From Candidatus Saccharimonadota bacterium (lineage in GTDB: Bacteria > Patescibacteriota > Gracilibacteria > UBA1369 > 2-02-FULL-48-14), in assembly GCA_016699145.1 (NCBI GenBank), contig CP064962.1, forward strand, positions 1,050,001 to 1,082,000: 32,000 bases of DNA, given 5' to 3'. The notes beneath the pieces were generated by a model, which was not told the DNA's origin, did not search any database, and worked only from the letters and a program-made list of their open reading frames with translations. Within the stretch, counting starts at the first letter, position 1. Each line of letters starts with the position of its first letter. Positions 1-8,960 of the stretch are shown here, piece after piece. The position numbers were made by a program, and so were the translations under genes.

Positions 1-612
1 AAATGCGCTGTCAAAACAATTCGTACAATCCTGACTGTATTTTAAATTATAACAATTTTGACAATCCACACATTGATAAAGCAATTCAGATTGCAAAACA
101 TAGGAGCAGTCCACGCAAGATCGGGAGTGTTTAATGACATTTCCATAAAGACAATCTTCATTGAAATCAGAATCAAAAACCAAGTAGCAGTTTTTGTTAT
201 TCCCTGCATAGTTCGTGTAAACACAATTCATCTCAACAATATCACTCGCAGACACTACGTGAGGAAGAGGCACTTGCCGTAGAAGTTCATCGAATTGTTC
301 AAAAAAAGGTCGATTGAAATCGAAGTCTTTCCCATACGAAAGAGGATCCCAACGATCGCCCCACCACTCTTTTTGATCGTAGACCTTATAAGGTTTTTCA
401 GGTGAAATATTTGAAATAAGTTCACGTCCCGTCAGATCACATTTACGATGGTAAAGATTGCGTTCATTACGAAAAATCATTCGTCGTCTCATGCGTTCTT
501 CGGGGCATAAGGTGGGTAAAGGCACATCTATCTTGGCATAAAAAGCCTGATCTTCATCAGTGATGATAAAGGGTTTCGTACTAACCCGACAAATTTTTTC
601 TAATGCAGTCAT
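1..612 (-). CDS. Cys-rich paralog family protein P0, N-terminal 204 codons only (rest lies beyond the window start)
   Basis: My own minus-strand translation from ATG 612-610 stays open to base 1: MTALEKICRVSTKPFIITDEDQAFYAKIDVPLPTLCPEERMRRRMIFRNERNLYHRKCDLTGRE...FDFNRPFFEQF...CVDCQNCYNLKYSQDCTNCFDSAF. It is colinear with the N-termini of P1-P6. ATGA overlap with the P1 stop (609-611). Absent from the ORF track because it runs off the edge. Confidence 0.85.
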   Translation of the reverse strand, partial: MTALEKICRVSTKPFIITDEDQAFYAKIDVPLPTLCPEERMRRRMIFRNERNLYHRKCDLTGRELISNISPEKPYKVYDQKEWWGDRWDPLSYGKDFDFNRPFFEQFDELLRQVPLPHVVSASDIVEMNCVYTNYAGNNKNCYLVFDSDFNEDCLYGNVIKHSRSCVDCSYVLQSELLYQCVDCQNCYNLKYSQDCTNCFDSAF

Positions 613-2255
613 GAATGAAAAAGTTGAGTGTAACAATGATTGCAATAAACTTGCTCGTCCTTCTCAAAAGGCACACGAATCCCTTGCTTGCAGTGTATGC
701 AATTTCGGTCCCACAGTCGCCTTGGATTTCTCAACTTCAACCGATCCAAATAACGTTGTTGAGGGGCCCGTCTCGGCAGTGCAAGCCCCAGACTTTTATA
801 AAGGGTCAGTTCTTGAGGGATGATCTTATAAAGCTTTCCTGAAACCTCGCATTTCAAGATTTGTTTACTGAAATCTTCAGGCACATCTTGAATGGAATCA
901 GGGATAGTTATAAAAGCCCCCTGATAGTTGTCCTCAGGCTTTTCATCAATCCAATTGTATCCTCTGGCCTTTGCCTCCTCAGCAGTCAGCGGGAAGTATT
1001 CTTGTGCCAGTGTTTCATTGTAAGCGAAGGGGCTCAGCGTGGCTGGAAAAAACTCACCCCATTCACCCGTCTTTTTCATCTGATCAATGATTTGTGCTTT
1101 CAACGTTTCAAACTCCTCTTTGGAATATTCTGTATTGAGAATACAGTACTCACTTCGGTGAACTCCCACACAAGCAAAAAGATTTTTGCTGCTTTGGCAT
1201 AAATCTACATAAAGGCTGTCGCTCACATCGTAAGACACGTTTCCGAATTGAATATTCACACTTCGATTGCATCCATGACAGTTGTATTGAAGTTCACAAG
1301 CAAAGGCAGATTCATAAGTATCAAAACAGTCTTTGGCATAGCCTGTTTCATAGCAATAACGACAATCTTGCGAATAAATAACGTCGAAAGAATCAAAAAC
1401 GTTTTTAGACTGATAAATGCAATCTCCCGTACAATTTTCACTGATCAAAATAACAGATTGTTTCGGCGACTTTTGAATCATATTTTCGTACTCGTCCACG
1501 AAGTGTCGCAATTGTGCATAGGACCCCAAATTCACAGTTTTCATAAAGGCTTCATACTCTTCTTTAGTGAGTTGCTTGTTATAAACGCAGTAACTTTTTC
1601 GAATGAGGCCATTGCACATGAAAGAGTCGCTACAGTTGTAGCAGTTGTAAAGAAAAGCAGAATTAGAATTGTTGTCTGAAAGGAAATTATAGAAAGAGTG
1701 ATAGCCTCCGACCACATACTGACATTCGTAACACAGCTCACTTTTTTCAATATTGTAAGAGTCCGCGCAGTCTTTATTTTGAATCATCCATTTGGAATAA
1801 TAGACATTTTCGCAATAAGAAGAATCCACACATAAATAGCAGTTCCGATTGTTCTCTGCATGGTTGGTGTAGTCACAATTTTCACTGTTTTTTTGGACCA
1901 AAGCCAAGCGAGGAACTTTCAATTGCAGTTCTTTCAACTGTTCAAAAAAAGGACGCGAAAAATCAAAAGCTTTTCCAAATATTTTTGCATCCCATTTGTC
2001 TCCCCACCAGCATGAATTGCAATAAACGACGTAAGGCGAGTCTGCACTGTACATCGAAATGATTTGTTTCTCACAAAGGTCACATTTTCGATGATAGAGG
2101 GTGCGTTCATTTCTAAAACTGAGGCGCAATCTTTGCCTTTCATCTGGACACAAAGTCGGCAATGGCACCTGCATTTTCGCATAAAATGCTTGATCATAAT
2201 CATCGATCAAAAATGTTTTCCCACTCACTCGACATGTTTTTGTAATCGGAGTCAT
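609..2255 (-). CDS. Cys-rich paralog family protein P1 (~548 aa), function unknown
   Basis: ORF 609..2279. Start moved to the internal ATG at 2255-2253 (MTPITKTCRVSGK), which overlaps the P2 stop as TGATG. Carries the conserved family blocks: FYAKMQVPLPTLCP, RNERTLYHRKCDLC, FDFSRPFFEQ, TGEWGEFFP, and the C-terminal QELTLYKSLGL..RNPRRLW.RNCIHC. Confidence 0.85.
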   Translation of the reverse strand: MTPITKTCRVSGKTFLIDDYDQAFYAKMQVPLPTLCPDERQRLRLSFRNERTLYHRKCDLCEKQIISMYSADSPYVVYCNSCWWGDKWDAKIFGKAFDFSRPFFEQLKELQLKVPRLALVQKNSENCDYTNHAENNRNCYLCVDSSYCENVYYSKWMIQNKDCADSYNIEKSELCYECQYVVGGYHSFYNFLSDNNSNSAFLYNCYNCSDSFMCNGLIRKSYCVYNKQLTKEEYEAFMKTVNLGSYAQLRHFVDEYENMIQKSPKQSVILISENCTGDCIYQSKNVFDSFDVIYSQDCRYCYETGYAKDCFDTYESAFACELQYNCHGCNRSVNIQFGNVSYDVSDSLYVDLCQSSKNLFACVGVHRSEYCILNTEYSKEEFETLKAQIIDQMKKTGEWGEFFPATLSPFAYNETLAQEYFPLTAEEAKARGYNWIDEKPEDNYQGAFITIPDSIQDVPEDFSKQILKCEVSGKLYKIIPQELTLYKSLGLALPRRAPQQRYLDRLKLRNPRRLWDRNCIHCKQGIRVPFEKDEQVYCNHCYTQLFHS

Positions 2256-2287
2256 CAGTAGATCGTTTTTAAATAACACGCTTCACA
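2231..2287. repeat. Gene-junction repeat, copy at the P2/P1 junction (57 bp, 2 mismatches to 5586-5642)
   Basis: gacatgtttttgtaatcggagtcatcagtaga(tc)gtttttaaataacacgcttcaca compared by eye with the other two junctions. Confidence 0.8.
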
Positions 2288-3913
2288 GAATATCTTTTCA
2301 GGTTGATCCGGTACAAAACTGCTTTGCAGTTGAACTCCGCATGCGCCACAACTGCGCAGCCACAAATGGCGTGGATTACGTTTGGCCAAACGAGCTTTAT
2401 ATCGACAGTCAAAACAATTCACAGGAGCAGCCACACCCAGGTTTTTATAAAGGGCCAACTCTTGTTTGATCACTTTGTAACTCTTCTCACACGTGTAACA
2501 ACACAAAATTTGACTCAAAAGGGTCTCATCCGTGTCTTCAATGCGTGCAGGAGGACTCAATTTTGGTCCCGAATAACTATAATTTTTCTCCTCATCCTTC
2601 CACTTCAAACCGAGAGCCAGCACCTGTTCCCGTACGAGAGGAAAGTATTCCTGTGCCACCGTTTCATTGTAAGCAAAGTAGGCGAGAGATGGAGGGAAAA
2701 ACTCGCCCCATTCACCGGTCTTTTGCATATGCTCAATGATGCGCGGAACCAGAGCTTCATACTCCTCTTTAGTGTATTGCTTGTTCAGAATGCAGTAGCG
2801 CTGTTTGTTCAGTCCAATGCATCCAAAAAGATCCTGAGAATTGTTCACGCAGTAGTGGCAGTAACGCAGGTTGCTCACATCGTTCCAGCATGAATCGGAA
2901 AAAGCGACATTGTAAAAATTATTCCCGCACAAGTGGTTTTCGTAGCCAAGCTCACCCGTGATGCCCCATGCATAACAATCCTGACAGTCACGGCTGTTGT
3001 GGAGCCAGGTGCAGTAGCGACAGTCTTCCAGATGGGTACAGTCATAGGAGTCATAAACATTCTTTGAAAACGCGATATGGTCTCCAGTGAAAGATTCATT
3101 CTGTACACCTGCATAATACTTTTGTGGACATTCCATTTTGAGTGCTTCAAAAGAGTTTTTGGCTTCCAAAAAACGTTCAGGATTTTCGCGAATTTCTTGA
3201 ACTCGTTGCTCATAATCCTCTTTGCTCAATTGTTCGTTGAAAAGACAGTATTCTTTGTTCACGAGCGACACACACCCAAAACAATTTTTACAAGATCGAC
3301 AGTTGTACATGAGAGTCGAATCGCTGCAGCTCTGACAGTTTTGCGAATAGGTCAATCGGTAGCAGGAATAACAGTCGATGCATTCATAACACAGCTCGCT
3401 GTCAAAGATGAAAAAGCAATCCAGCAAATTGCGAGAACGGTGCAAGTAAGTGCAGTAGTAGCAGTCTTCATTGTCGTTACCGGCAAAAACAAGGTAACAA
3501 CTTTTATTACGAGAAGTAAGGTTGGTGAAATCACAATTCTCATTGTCTTTTTGCAGGTTCAAAGCCAAGACCGGCACTTGCTTTTTGAGTTCACCAAACT
3601 GCTCAAAGAAAGGACGAGAAAAATTAAAATCGCGTCCATAGTTCAAGGCATTCCATTTGTCGCTGTAAAAGCAAGGCGGACAATAAACTTGAATCGATTC
3701 ATCTTCATAAATAGACAAAATTTCCTTCTGACAAAGGTCACACTTCCGATGATAGAGTTTTCGCTCATTGCGCCACATGAGACGCCTTCGCATGCGCTCT
3801 TCTGGACACAAAGTCGGCAATGGCACCTGCATTTTTGCATAAAACGCTTGATCATAATCATCAATCAAGAACTCTTTCCCACTCACCCGACATATTTTTG
3901 TAATCGGAGTCAT
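2255..3913 (-). CDS. Cys-rich paralog family protein P2 (552 aa), function unknown
   Basis: ORF 2255..3937. Start taken at ATG 3913-3911 (MTPITKICRVSGK), overlapping the P3 stop as TGATG. I count 43 Cys. No signal peptide or TM segment. Confidence 0.85.
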   Translation of the reverse strand: MTPITKICRVSGKEFLIDDYDQAFYAKMQVPLPTLCPEERMRRRLMWRNERKLYHRKCDLCQKEILSIYEDESIQVYCPPCFYSDKWNALNYGRDFNFSRPFFEQFGELKKQVPVLALNLQKDNENCDFTNLTSRNKSCYLVFAGNDNEDCYYCTYLHRSRNLLDCFFIFDSELCYECIDCYSCYRLTYSQNCQSCSDSTLMYNCRSCKNCFGCVSLVNKEYCLFNEQLSKEDYEQRVQEIRENPERFLEAKNSFEALKMECPQKYYAGVQNESFTGDHIAFSKNVYDSYDCTHLEDCRYCTWLHNSRDCQDCYAWGITGELGYENHLCGNNFYNVAFSDSCWNDVSNLRYCHYCVNNSQDLFGCIGLNKQRYCILNKQYTKEEYEALVPRIIEHMQKTGEWGEFFPPSLAYFAYNETVAQEYFPLVREQVLALGLKWKDEEKNYSYSGPKLSPPARIEDTDETLLSQILCCYTCEKSYKVIKQELALYKNLGVAAPVNCFDCRYKARLAKRNPRHLWLRSCGACGVQLQSSFVPDQPEKIFCEACYLKTIY

Positions 3914-3987
3914 CAGTAGACGGTTTTTAAATAACACGCTTCACACAGCACTTTTTCAGGACGGTTTGGAGCGTAGGTGCTTTGAAT
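3895..3987. repeat. Gene-junction repeat, copy at the P3/P2 junction (93 bp, identical to 5592-5684)
   Basis: tttttgtaatcggagtcatcagtagacggtttttaaataacacgcttcacacagcactttttcaggacggtttggagcgtaggtgctttgaat is present base for base at both places. Confidence 0.9.
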
Positions 3988-5610
3988 CGCAGAAGAACAT
4001 TCTGCACAAGACCGAGGCCACAAGTAACGAGGATTTCGAAGGGCACCACGGTTCAACAGTCTTTGTTCGGGACATATTAAAGGAACCGGCAAATTCATTT
4101 TTCGATAAAAAGCCAACTCTTGCGGGATCACTTTATAAAGTTTTCCGGTCTTGCTACAGCGAAGGATTTGCTTTGTTAGCCCATCCTCTACATCTAGAAT
4201 ACTTTCTGGGATTTTAAGCGCTGGGCCTATGTATTCTTCTTTAGCTTCGTCTTTCTCATACCAGTTCCAACCTTTGGCGAGTACTTGGTCTTTGCTGAGA
4301 GGGATGAGCAAGTGAGCGCTCGTTTCGTTATAAGCATAAGGAGAAATAGAGGAAGGGAAGAACTCGCCCCATTCACCCGTTTTTTGCATGTGCTCGATGA
4401 TGCGGGCCACCATGACGTCGTATTCTTCTTTAGTGTACTGCTTGTTCAAAATACAATATTGGCTTCGGCGCAGACCAAAACAGCCAAAGCAGTCCTTCAC
4501 GGAAGGATAACAGTCATCGCAGTAAATCAAATTAGACACGCCTTGCCAGCAATGATCGCTGAACAGCAAGTTGTAAGCATTCGCCCCACAGGCGTTGCAT
4601 TCATACAAGAGTTCAGCATTGACCCCCCACATGGAATAATCGTAGCAGTACTTCGCTCCATTCAAAATTTCATAGCAATACGCACAACCCTCCAAGTTTT
4701 TGGAGTCATAACAAAAACGAGAATCCTTGCACTGTACCAAGTTGTCTCCAGAAACATCTTCGCATTGAGTGATGTAAGTGGCACGATGAGGCATTGAGAG
4801 CCGAACTGCTTCACTTTGGGCACGGATTTCTTCAATGGATTTATTTGTAAGTTTTAAAGATTTCATTCGCAGCTCCCATTCTTCTTTGCTGAGCGGTTGA
4901 TTGAAGTAGTAATACTGTTTTTGAACGAGTCCATGGCATCCAAAACAATTCTTGCAGTTCTTAAGGTCGGATGAAAAATAACAATCCACACTATTCTCAC
5001 AGTTTTGGCAGAACATACATCCATAGCATGCGAAAAGGCTTACGCCTTCATAGCAGAGCTCGCACTGCTGAATGCGCAGACAATCCACACAATCCTTACA
5101 AGTATTTGCACCTCGTGTGTAGTAAACATCTTCATTATTTTCGGCTTGAGAGAGGAGGTAGCAATTCTTTGAATGATCGGCACAGTTTGTGTAGTCGGAA
5201 TTGACGTCCAGCTGAGGATCCACAAAGAGATTGTGATGAGGCACTGCATCGCAGAGCTCCTTGAACTGCTCAAAAAAAGTACGCTTGAAATCGAAGTCTC
5301 TACCATAGTCTCTAGGATCCCATTTGTCCGAGAGCCATTCTGTGATGTGGTAAACAGGGTAAGGAGATTCGGACTTATGCATAGAGACCATGGATTTTCC
5401 AGTCATAGCACATTTAGCGTGATAGAGGGTTCGTTCGTTTCTAAAGCTTAAACGACGTTGCCAACGACACGTTGGACAAAATTTTGGCGTGGGTATTTGG
5501 AATTTTTTCCCAGCAAAATTAGGACTCATTCGCTCGTAGAAAGCTAGATCTTCTTCATAAACCGTGAAACCAAACTGACAATTTAGACATGTTTTTGTAA
5601 TCGGAGTCAT
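3913..5610 (-). CDS. Cys-rich paralog family protein P3 (~565 aa), function unknown
   Basis: ORF 3913..5634. Start taken at ATG 5610-5608 (MTPITKTCLNCQFG), overlapping the P4 stop as TGATG. The last ~25 codons are identical at the DNA level to those of P4. Confidence 0.85.
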   Translation of the reverse strand: MTPITKTCLNCQFGFTVYEEDLAFYERMSPNFAGKKFQIPTPKFCPTCRWQRRLSFRNERTLYHAKCAMTGKSMVSMHKSESPYPVYHITEWLSDKWDPRDYGRDFDFKRTFFEQFKELCDAVPHHNLFVDPQLDVNSDYTNCADHSKNCYLLSQAENNEDVYYTRGANTCKDCVDCLRIQQCELCYEGVSLFACYGCMFCQNCENSVDCYFSSDLKNCKNCFGCHGLVQKQYYYFNQPLSKEEWELRMKSLKLTNKSIEEIRAQSEAVRLSMPHRATYITQCEDVSGDNLVQCKDSRFCYDSKNLEGCAYCYEILNGAKYCYDYSMWGVNAELLYECNACGANAYNLLFSDHCWQGVSNLIYCDDCYPSVKDCFGCFGLRRSQYCILNKQYTKEEYDVMVARIIEHMQKTGEWGEFFPSSISPYAYNETSAHLLIPLSKDQVLAKGWNWYEKDEAKEEYIGPALKIPESILDVEDGLTKQILRCSKTGKLYKVIPQELAFYRKMNLPVPLICPEQRLLNRGALRNPRYLWPRSCAECSSAIQSTYAPNRPEKVLCEACYLKTVY

Positions 5611-5684
5611 CAGTAGACGGTTTTTAAATAACACGCTTCACACAGCACTTTTTCAGGACGGTTTGGAGCGTAGGTGCTTTGAAT
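5592..5684. repeat. Gene-junction repeat, copy at the P4/P3 junction (93 bp, identical to 3895-3987)
   Basis: Same string as 3895-3987. It spans the first 6-7 codons of the downstream gene, the TGATG overlap and the last ~25 codons of the upstream gene. Confidence 0.9.
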
Positions 5685-7271
5685 AGAAGTTTGACATGCA
5701 TCACAATGGCGAGGCCAAAGTTTGCGAGGATTGCGTTGGGACATCCGTTGCACGTGGCGCTCTTCCGGACAAAGCAAAGGCACTGGGAGCTGCATTTGGC
5801 GATAAAAAGCCAATTCTTGAGGGATGACGCGGTACAGCTTGTCGGTTTTTTTGCAACGCAAAATTTGCTTTAAAATAGCATCATTCACGTCAGAAATCTT
5901 AGCTGGAACCTGCACATCGGGGCCTTTATAATTACTCGACTCGTCATCTTCCTTCCAAGAGTAGCCCATGGATTGAGCCTCTTGCGGGCTGAGAGGGTAA
6001 TAAATGGAAGCCACCGTCTCGTTGTAAGCAAATGCACTCATTGTGCTAGGGAAGAACTCGCCCCATTCACCCGTTTTTTGCATGTGCTCGATGATGCGCG
6101 GAACCAGAACTTCGTACTCTTCTTTGCTGTACTGCTTATTCAAAATGCAGTACGTATTTTTCTTCAGCCCTACACACCCAAATAAATTGGATGAGAACAT
6201 ACAATTATCACAGTACATAAGCTCATCCACTCCCCAACAGGTGTTTGAAAAAAGAACTTTTCGAGCACGATCACCGACGGTAATGGAATCATAAATCAGC
6301 TCAGCTTTAAAGCCCCACACATCATAGTCGTAGCAATCTGTAGCTCCATTGCTGAGGTTGCTGCAAAAATGACAATCACGAACGTCCTGACAATCGAAGG
6401 CAAAAGAACAGTCCTTGGTATTTTTTAAGTAATCCCCTGTGCTGTTTTCATTATTCATATTGTGATCCGCCTTGAATGAAAAATTTAAAAACCATTGTCG
6501 CACTTCTGCCTTTAGTTTTTCCCTGTTCCCGTGCGTATCCAAGTTAAAAGCTGCTATGGTTGCCTCATACGCTTCTTTACTCAGGGGTTTATTAAAAAAA
6601 TAATATTCTTTATTTCGTAATCCCACGCTGCCAAAACAATGGTTACAATTTCTACAATCTCTCAAAAAAGCGCTATCTGTACAATTCTGGCAATCTTGCG
6701 AATTAAACAGTTGATAACATTTTTCACAGTCCACGCATTCGTAACACAGTTCACATTCATAAATTCGAAGACAATCCATTGAACTTTTTGAATACTTACT
6801 GAGATGACTATAATAAACACTTTCTGAGCAATCCGAATCAAAGACTAAATAAGAATCCTTCATGTAGGAAGTTTGATTCACATAATCCGAATTCGTACTA
6901 GAAGCATCATTACAAAGACTGGGATGAGGCGTTGCATAAAGCAGCTCTTTGAACTGCTCAAAAAAGGGACGGTTAAAGTCAAAAGAACGACCTGAGTCAA
7001 GGCCACTCCACCGATCTCCCCACCAGCAAGGATTGCAATAAACTTTGTAAGGAGAACCGGGCCGATACATCGTGATGATTTGTTTTCCACAAAGTTCACA
7101 CTTCCCATGATAGAGGGAACGCTCATTCCTCCAGAGCATACGTCTGCGCTGACGATCTTCTGGACAAAGGGTCGGTAAGGGCACTTCCATCTTCGTATAA
7201 AAAGCCTGATCCACTTCCTCAATGGAAAAGCTATTTTTACACTCCCTACAAGCCTGATCGATAGTTGCCAT
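5610..7271 (-). CDS. Cys-rich paralog family protein P4 (~553 aa), first gene of the head-to-tail array
   Basis: ORF 5610..7286 begins with GTG. The first ATG is at 7271-7269 (MATIDQACRECKNSF). Same block structure as P1-P3. Confidence 0.85.
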   Translation of the reverse strand: MATIDQACRECKNSFSIEEVDQAFYTKMEVPLPTLCPEDRQRRRMLWRNERSLYHGKCELCGKQIITMYRPGSPYKVYCNPCWWGDRWSGLDSGRSFDFNRPFFEQFKELLYATPHPSLCNDASSTNSDYVNQTSYMKDSYLVFDSDCSESVYYSHLSKYSKSSMDCLRIYECELCYECVDCEKCYQLFNSQDCQNCTDSAFLRDCRNCNHCFGSVGLRNKEYYFFNKPLSKEAYEATIAAFNLDTHGNREKLKAEVRQWFLNFSFKADHNMNNENSTGDYLKNTKDCSFAFDCQDVRDCHFCSNLSNGATDCYDYDVWGFKAELIYDSITVGDRARKVLFSNTCWGVDELMYCDNCMFSSNLFGCVGLKKNTYCILNKQYSKEEYEVLVPRIIEHMQKTGEWGEFFPSTMSAFAYNETVASIYYPLSPQEAQSMGYSWKEDDESSNYKGPDVQVPAKISDVNDAILKQILRCKKTDKLYRVIPQELAFYRQMQLPVPLLCPEERHVQRMSQRNPRKLWPRHCDACQTSIQSTYAPNRPEKVLCEACYLKTVY

Positions 7272-7358
7272 AAAATAATCTATCACTTATGGCAAGTATA
7301 GCGGAAAATGTAAAAATATACCTAATAAAAGCTTGAAAAAAGTCATACAGCAGATTAG

Positions 7359-7374
7359 AATTTCTGTAGAAATT
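7359..7374. promoter_or_regulatory. Perfect 7-2-7 palindrome AATTTCT-gt-AGAAATT in the P4/trmB-like divergent intergenic region (candidate operator)
   Basis: Read directly; ends 24 nt upstream of the TrmB-like ATG (7398). Confidence 0.3.
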
Positions 7375-7397
7375 ATTTTACAACATCAACAAAATCC

Positions 7398-8156
7398 ATG
7401 CTCCAGGAGAAACTCACCGAATTCGGCCTCTCAGAAGAAGAGGCGCAAGTCTACCTCACGGTACTTGAACTCGGAGGTTCTTTTGCCAGCACCATCGCGA
7501 GCAAGGCTAAAATTCCACGCGTAAATTGTTATTACGTTCTTGAAAGTCTGCGCAAACGGGGACTCATCACCACCAACCTCAAGGGGAGCGTGAAATTTTT
7601 CGTAGCGGAGCCACCTCAAGTGCTCGTGAACCAAATGGAATCCCAATACGAAAGCGCAAAAAAACTGCTCCCTGAACTGCTCACACTGACCAACGCGCAA
7701 GCCTTCAAACCCATCATTCGCTCCTACGAAGGCCTCGAAGGCATCAAAACCATCTTTGAACAATCTCTCGAAGCCAAGTCAGAAGTGCTCGGTTACACCA
7801 ATCTCGAAGCCCTCGGAAGACTCTTGCCGGACTACCTCCCTGGCTTCTTTCAAAAACTCGTCAAAAAACGCATCAAAACCCGCCTGCTCTCTCCATCCAC
7901 CGAAGAAGCTCGTCAATTCATCGAGCGCTTTTACCCTAAAAAATACCCTGAAGAACTTGTGGAAGTGCTTTTTGTGAACCCCAAGGAATTCAAATTTGAA
8001 AACCAGATTTCCATTTATGACAACGTCGTGGCCATCACCTCCATGAACCCCGAAGAACTCATTGGCGTGGTGATCGAATCCGCTGTTTACGCCCGCACCC
8101 AACGCGCAGTTTTCAATCTTTCTTGGCTCGGAGCCACGGCTTTTGTGGCTCAGTAA
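7398..8156 (+). CDS. TrmB-family transcriptional regulator (N-terminal winged helix-turn-helix)
   Basis: The N-terminus MLQEKLTEFGLSEEEAQVYLTVLELGGSFASTIASKAKIPRVNCYYVLESLRKRGLI has the typical TrmB wHTH pattern. 252 aa. ATG start. Confidence 0.75.
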   Translation: MLQEKLTEFGLSEEEAQVYLTVLELGGSFASTIASKAKIPRVNCYYVLESLRKRGLITTNLKGSVKFFVAEPPQVLVNQMESQYESAKKLLPELLTLTNAQAFKPIIRSYEGLEGIKTIFEQSLEAKSEVLGYTNLEALGRLLPDYLPGFFQKLVKKRIKTRLLSPSTEEARQFIERFYPKKYPEELVEVLFVNPKEFKFENQISIYDNVVAITSMNPEELIGVVIESAVYARTQRAVFNLSWLGATAFVAQ

Positions 8157-8218
8157 ACTTGTTTTAAATAGCAGTTCAAACAATAAATGATCTTCTCTTC
8201 GCTTTGATCTGTCCAAGC
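8150..8218 (-). pseudogene. Displaced 3' end (22 codons plus stop) of paralog P5, separated from the gene body by IS insertion
   Basis: Minus-strand translation is AWTDQSEEKIIYCLNCYLKQVY*, the family C-terminal motif (E..(I/V)YC..CYLK.VY). It joins in frame to ...CRKCGQS at 10446 once the IS and one TSD copy are removed. Confidence 0.8.
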
Positions 8219-8329
8219 CTAAAAAGACCCCAGTTTTAAGAGAGTGAATTGGAGATTTTGTTTTAGGGTAAGGCTAAAATGGGTGTTAAATTTTGAAGAA
8301 CCACCTTTAAAAAATAACAGATTTTAGCC

Positions 8330-8960
8330 ATGAACAAATATATCCAAGATTTCATTACAAATAAATGCCGAAGTATATTTACAGGTTTAACCCTGCCACA
8401 GAAGAAGGCCTTGGCTGAAGTACTTAGAGGACTTTTCGTAGAAGCCACCCCTATACTTCGGCATTTAGCCCAAAACAAAGAGGTTTCAGCAAAGAAGCAA
8501 GGGAACAAGTACTCTCATCATCTTGGGAATGTTGATTTACAGAAGAAAGTGGAGGATTTCTCAGTAAGAGCTGTAGCTTCTGAAATTCGTAAAAACACAG
8601 TGATTGCTTATGATCTCGTAGATCTTTCCAAACCTTCCGCAAAGAAGATGGAGAAATTGTCACAAGTATATGATTCGAGTGAAGGGAGCATTGAACCTGG
8701 TTTTCTTTTGCATGGAGTGGGCGTGAACAATCTGCTCCTAAAACTGCGTTTTCATCACAATGATAAAGAGTTCTTGGGACAGGTTAGGAAGGCTATTTTG
8801 GAGGAACTCACCCAGGTTTTTGATCATAAAGGCATTTTTGTCTTTGATCGTGGCAACGACGATGAGAAACTTTTTAGAGATCTTCGTCAGGTCTTAAAAG
8901 TGCAATTTATCGCAAGAGTAAGGGAAAACAGAACGGTTGTGCTTAAGGAAACTGGGGTCT
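8330..8960 (+). pseudogene. IS4-like DDE transposase, N-terminal fragment (interrupted)
   Basis: ORF 8330..8995. Candidate catalytic Asp contexts at VIAYDLVDLSK and IFVFDRGNDD. The reading frame is broken at 8960 by the nested IS. Confidence 0.75.

Noticed and set aside
2255-2279. N-terminal extensions MLFKN(R/D)LLM on ORFs 609..2279, 2255..3937 and 3913..5634, implying 25-nt gene overlaps.
   Set aside because: The extension is just the out-of-frame reading of the upstream paralog's conserved C-terminal codons. The internal ATG (MTPITK) aligns with the other paralog N-termini and gives a neat TGATG stop/start overlap.
3077-3919. Long plus-strand ORFs inside the paralogs (e.g. 3077..3919 at 280 aa, 2303..2893, 4285..4797, 10800..11582 at 260 aa, 13283..13576).
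   Set aside because: They are antisense shadows of strongly supported minus-strand genes. They have low-complexity composition and no motifs, and their frames are not conserved between paralogs.
609-7271. Interpreting the Cys-rich paralogs as secreted disulfide-rich proteins or as polyferredoxins.
   Set aside because: No signal peptide, lipobox or TM helix is present. The Cys spacing (CxxCxxCxxC-x8-CxxC-x8-CxxCxxCxxC) lacks the CxxCxxCxxxCP ferredoxin signature. Function left open.
7779-8216. ORF 7779..8216 (-, 145 aa) as the continuation of P5.
   Set aside because: It is in a different frame from the true P5 remnant (8150-8218) and is mostly antisense to the TrmB-like gene.
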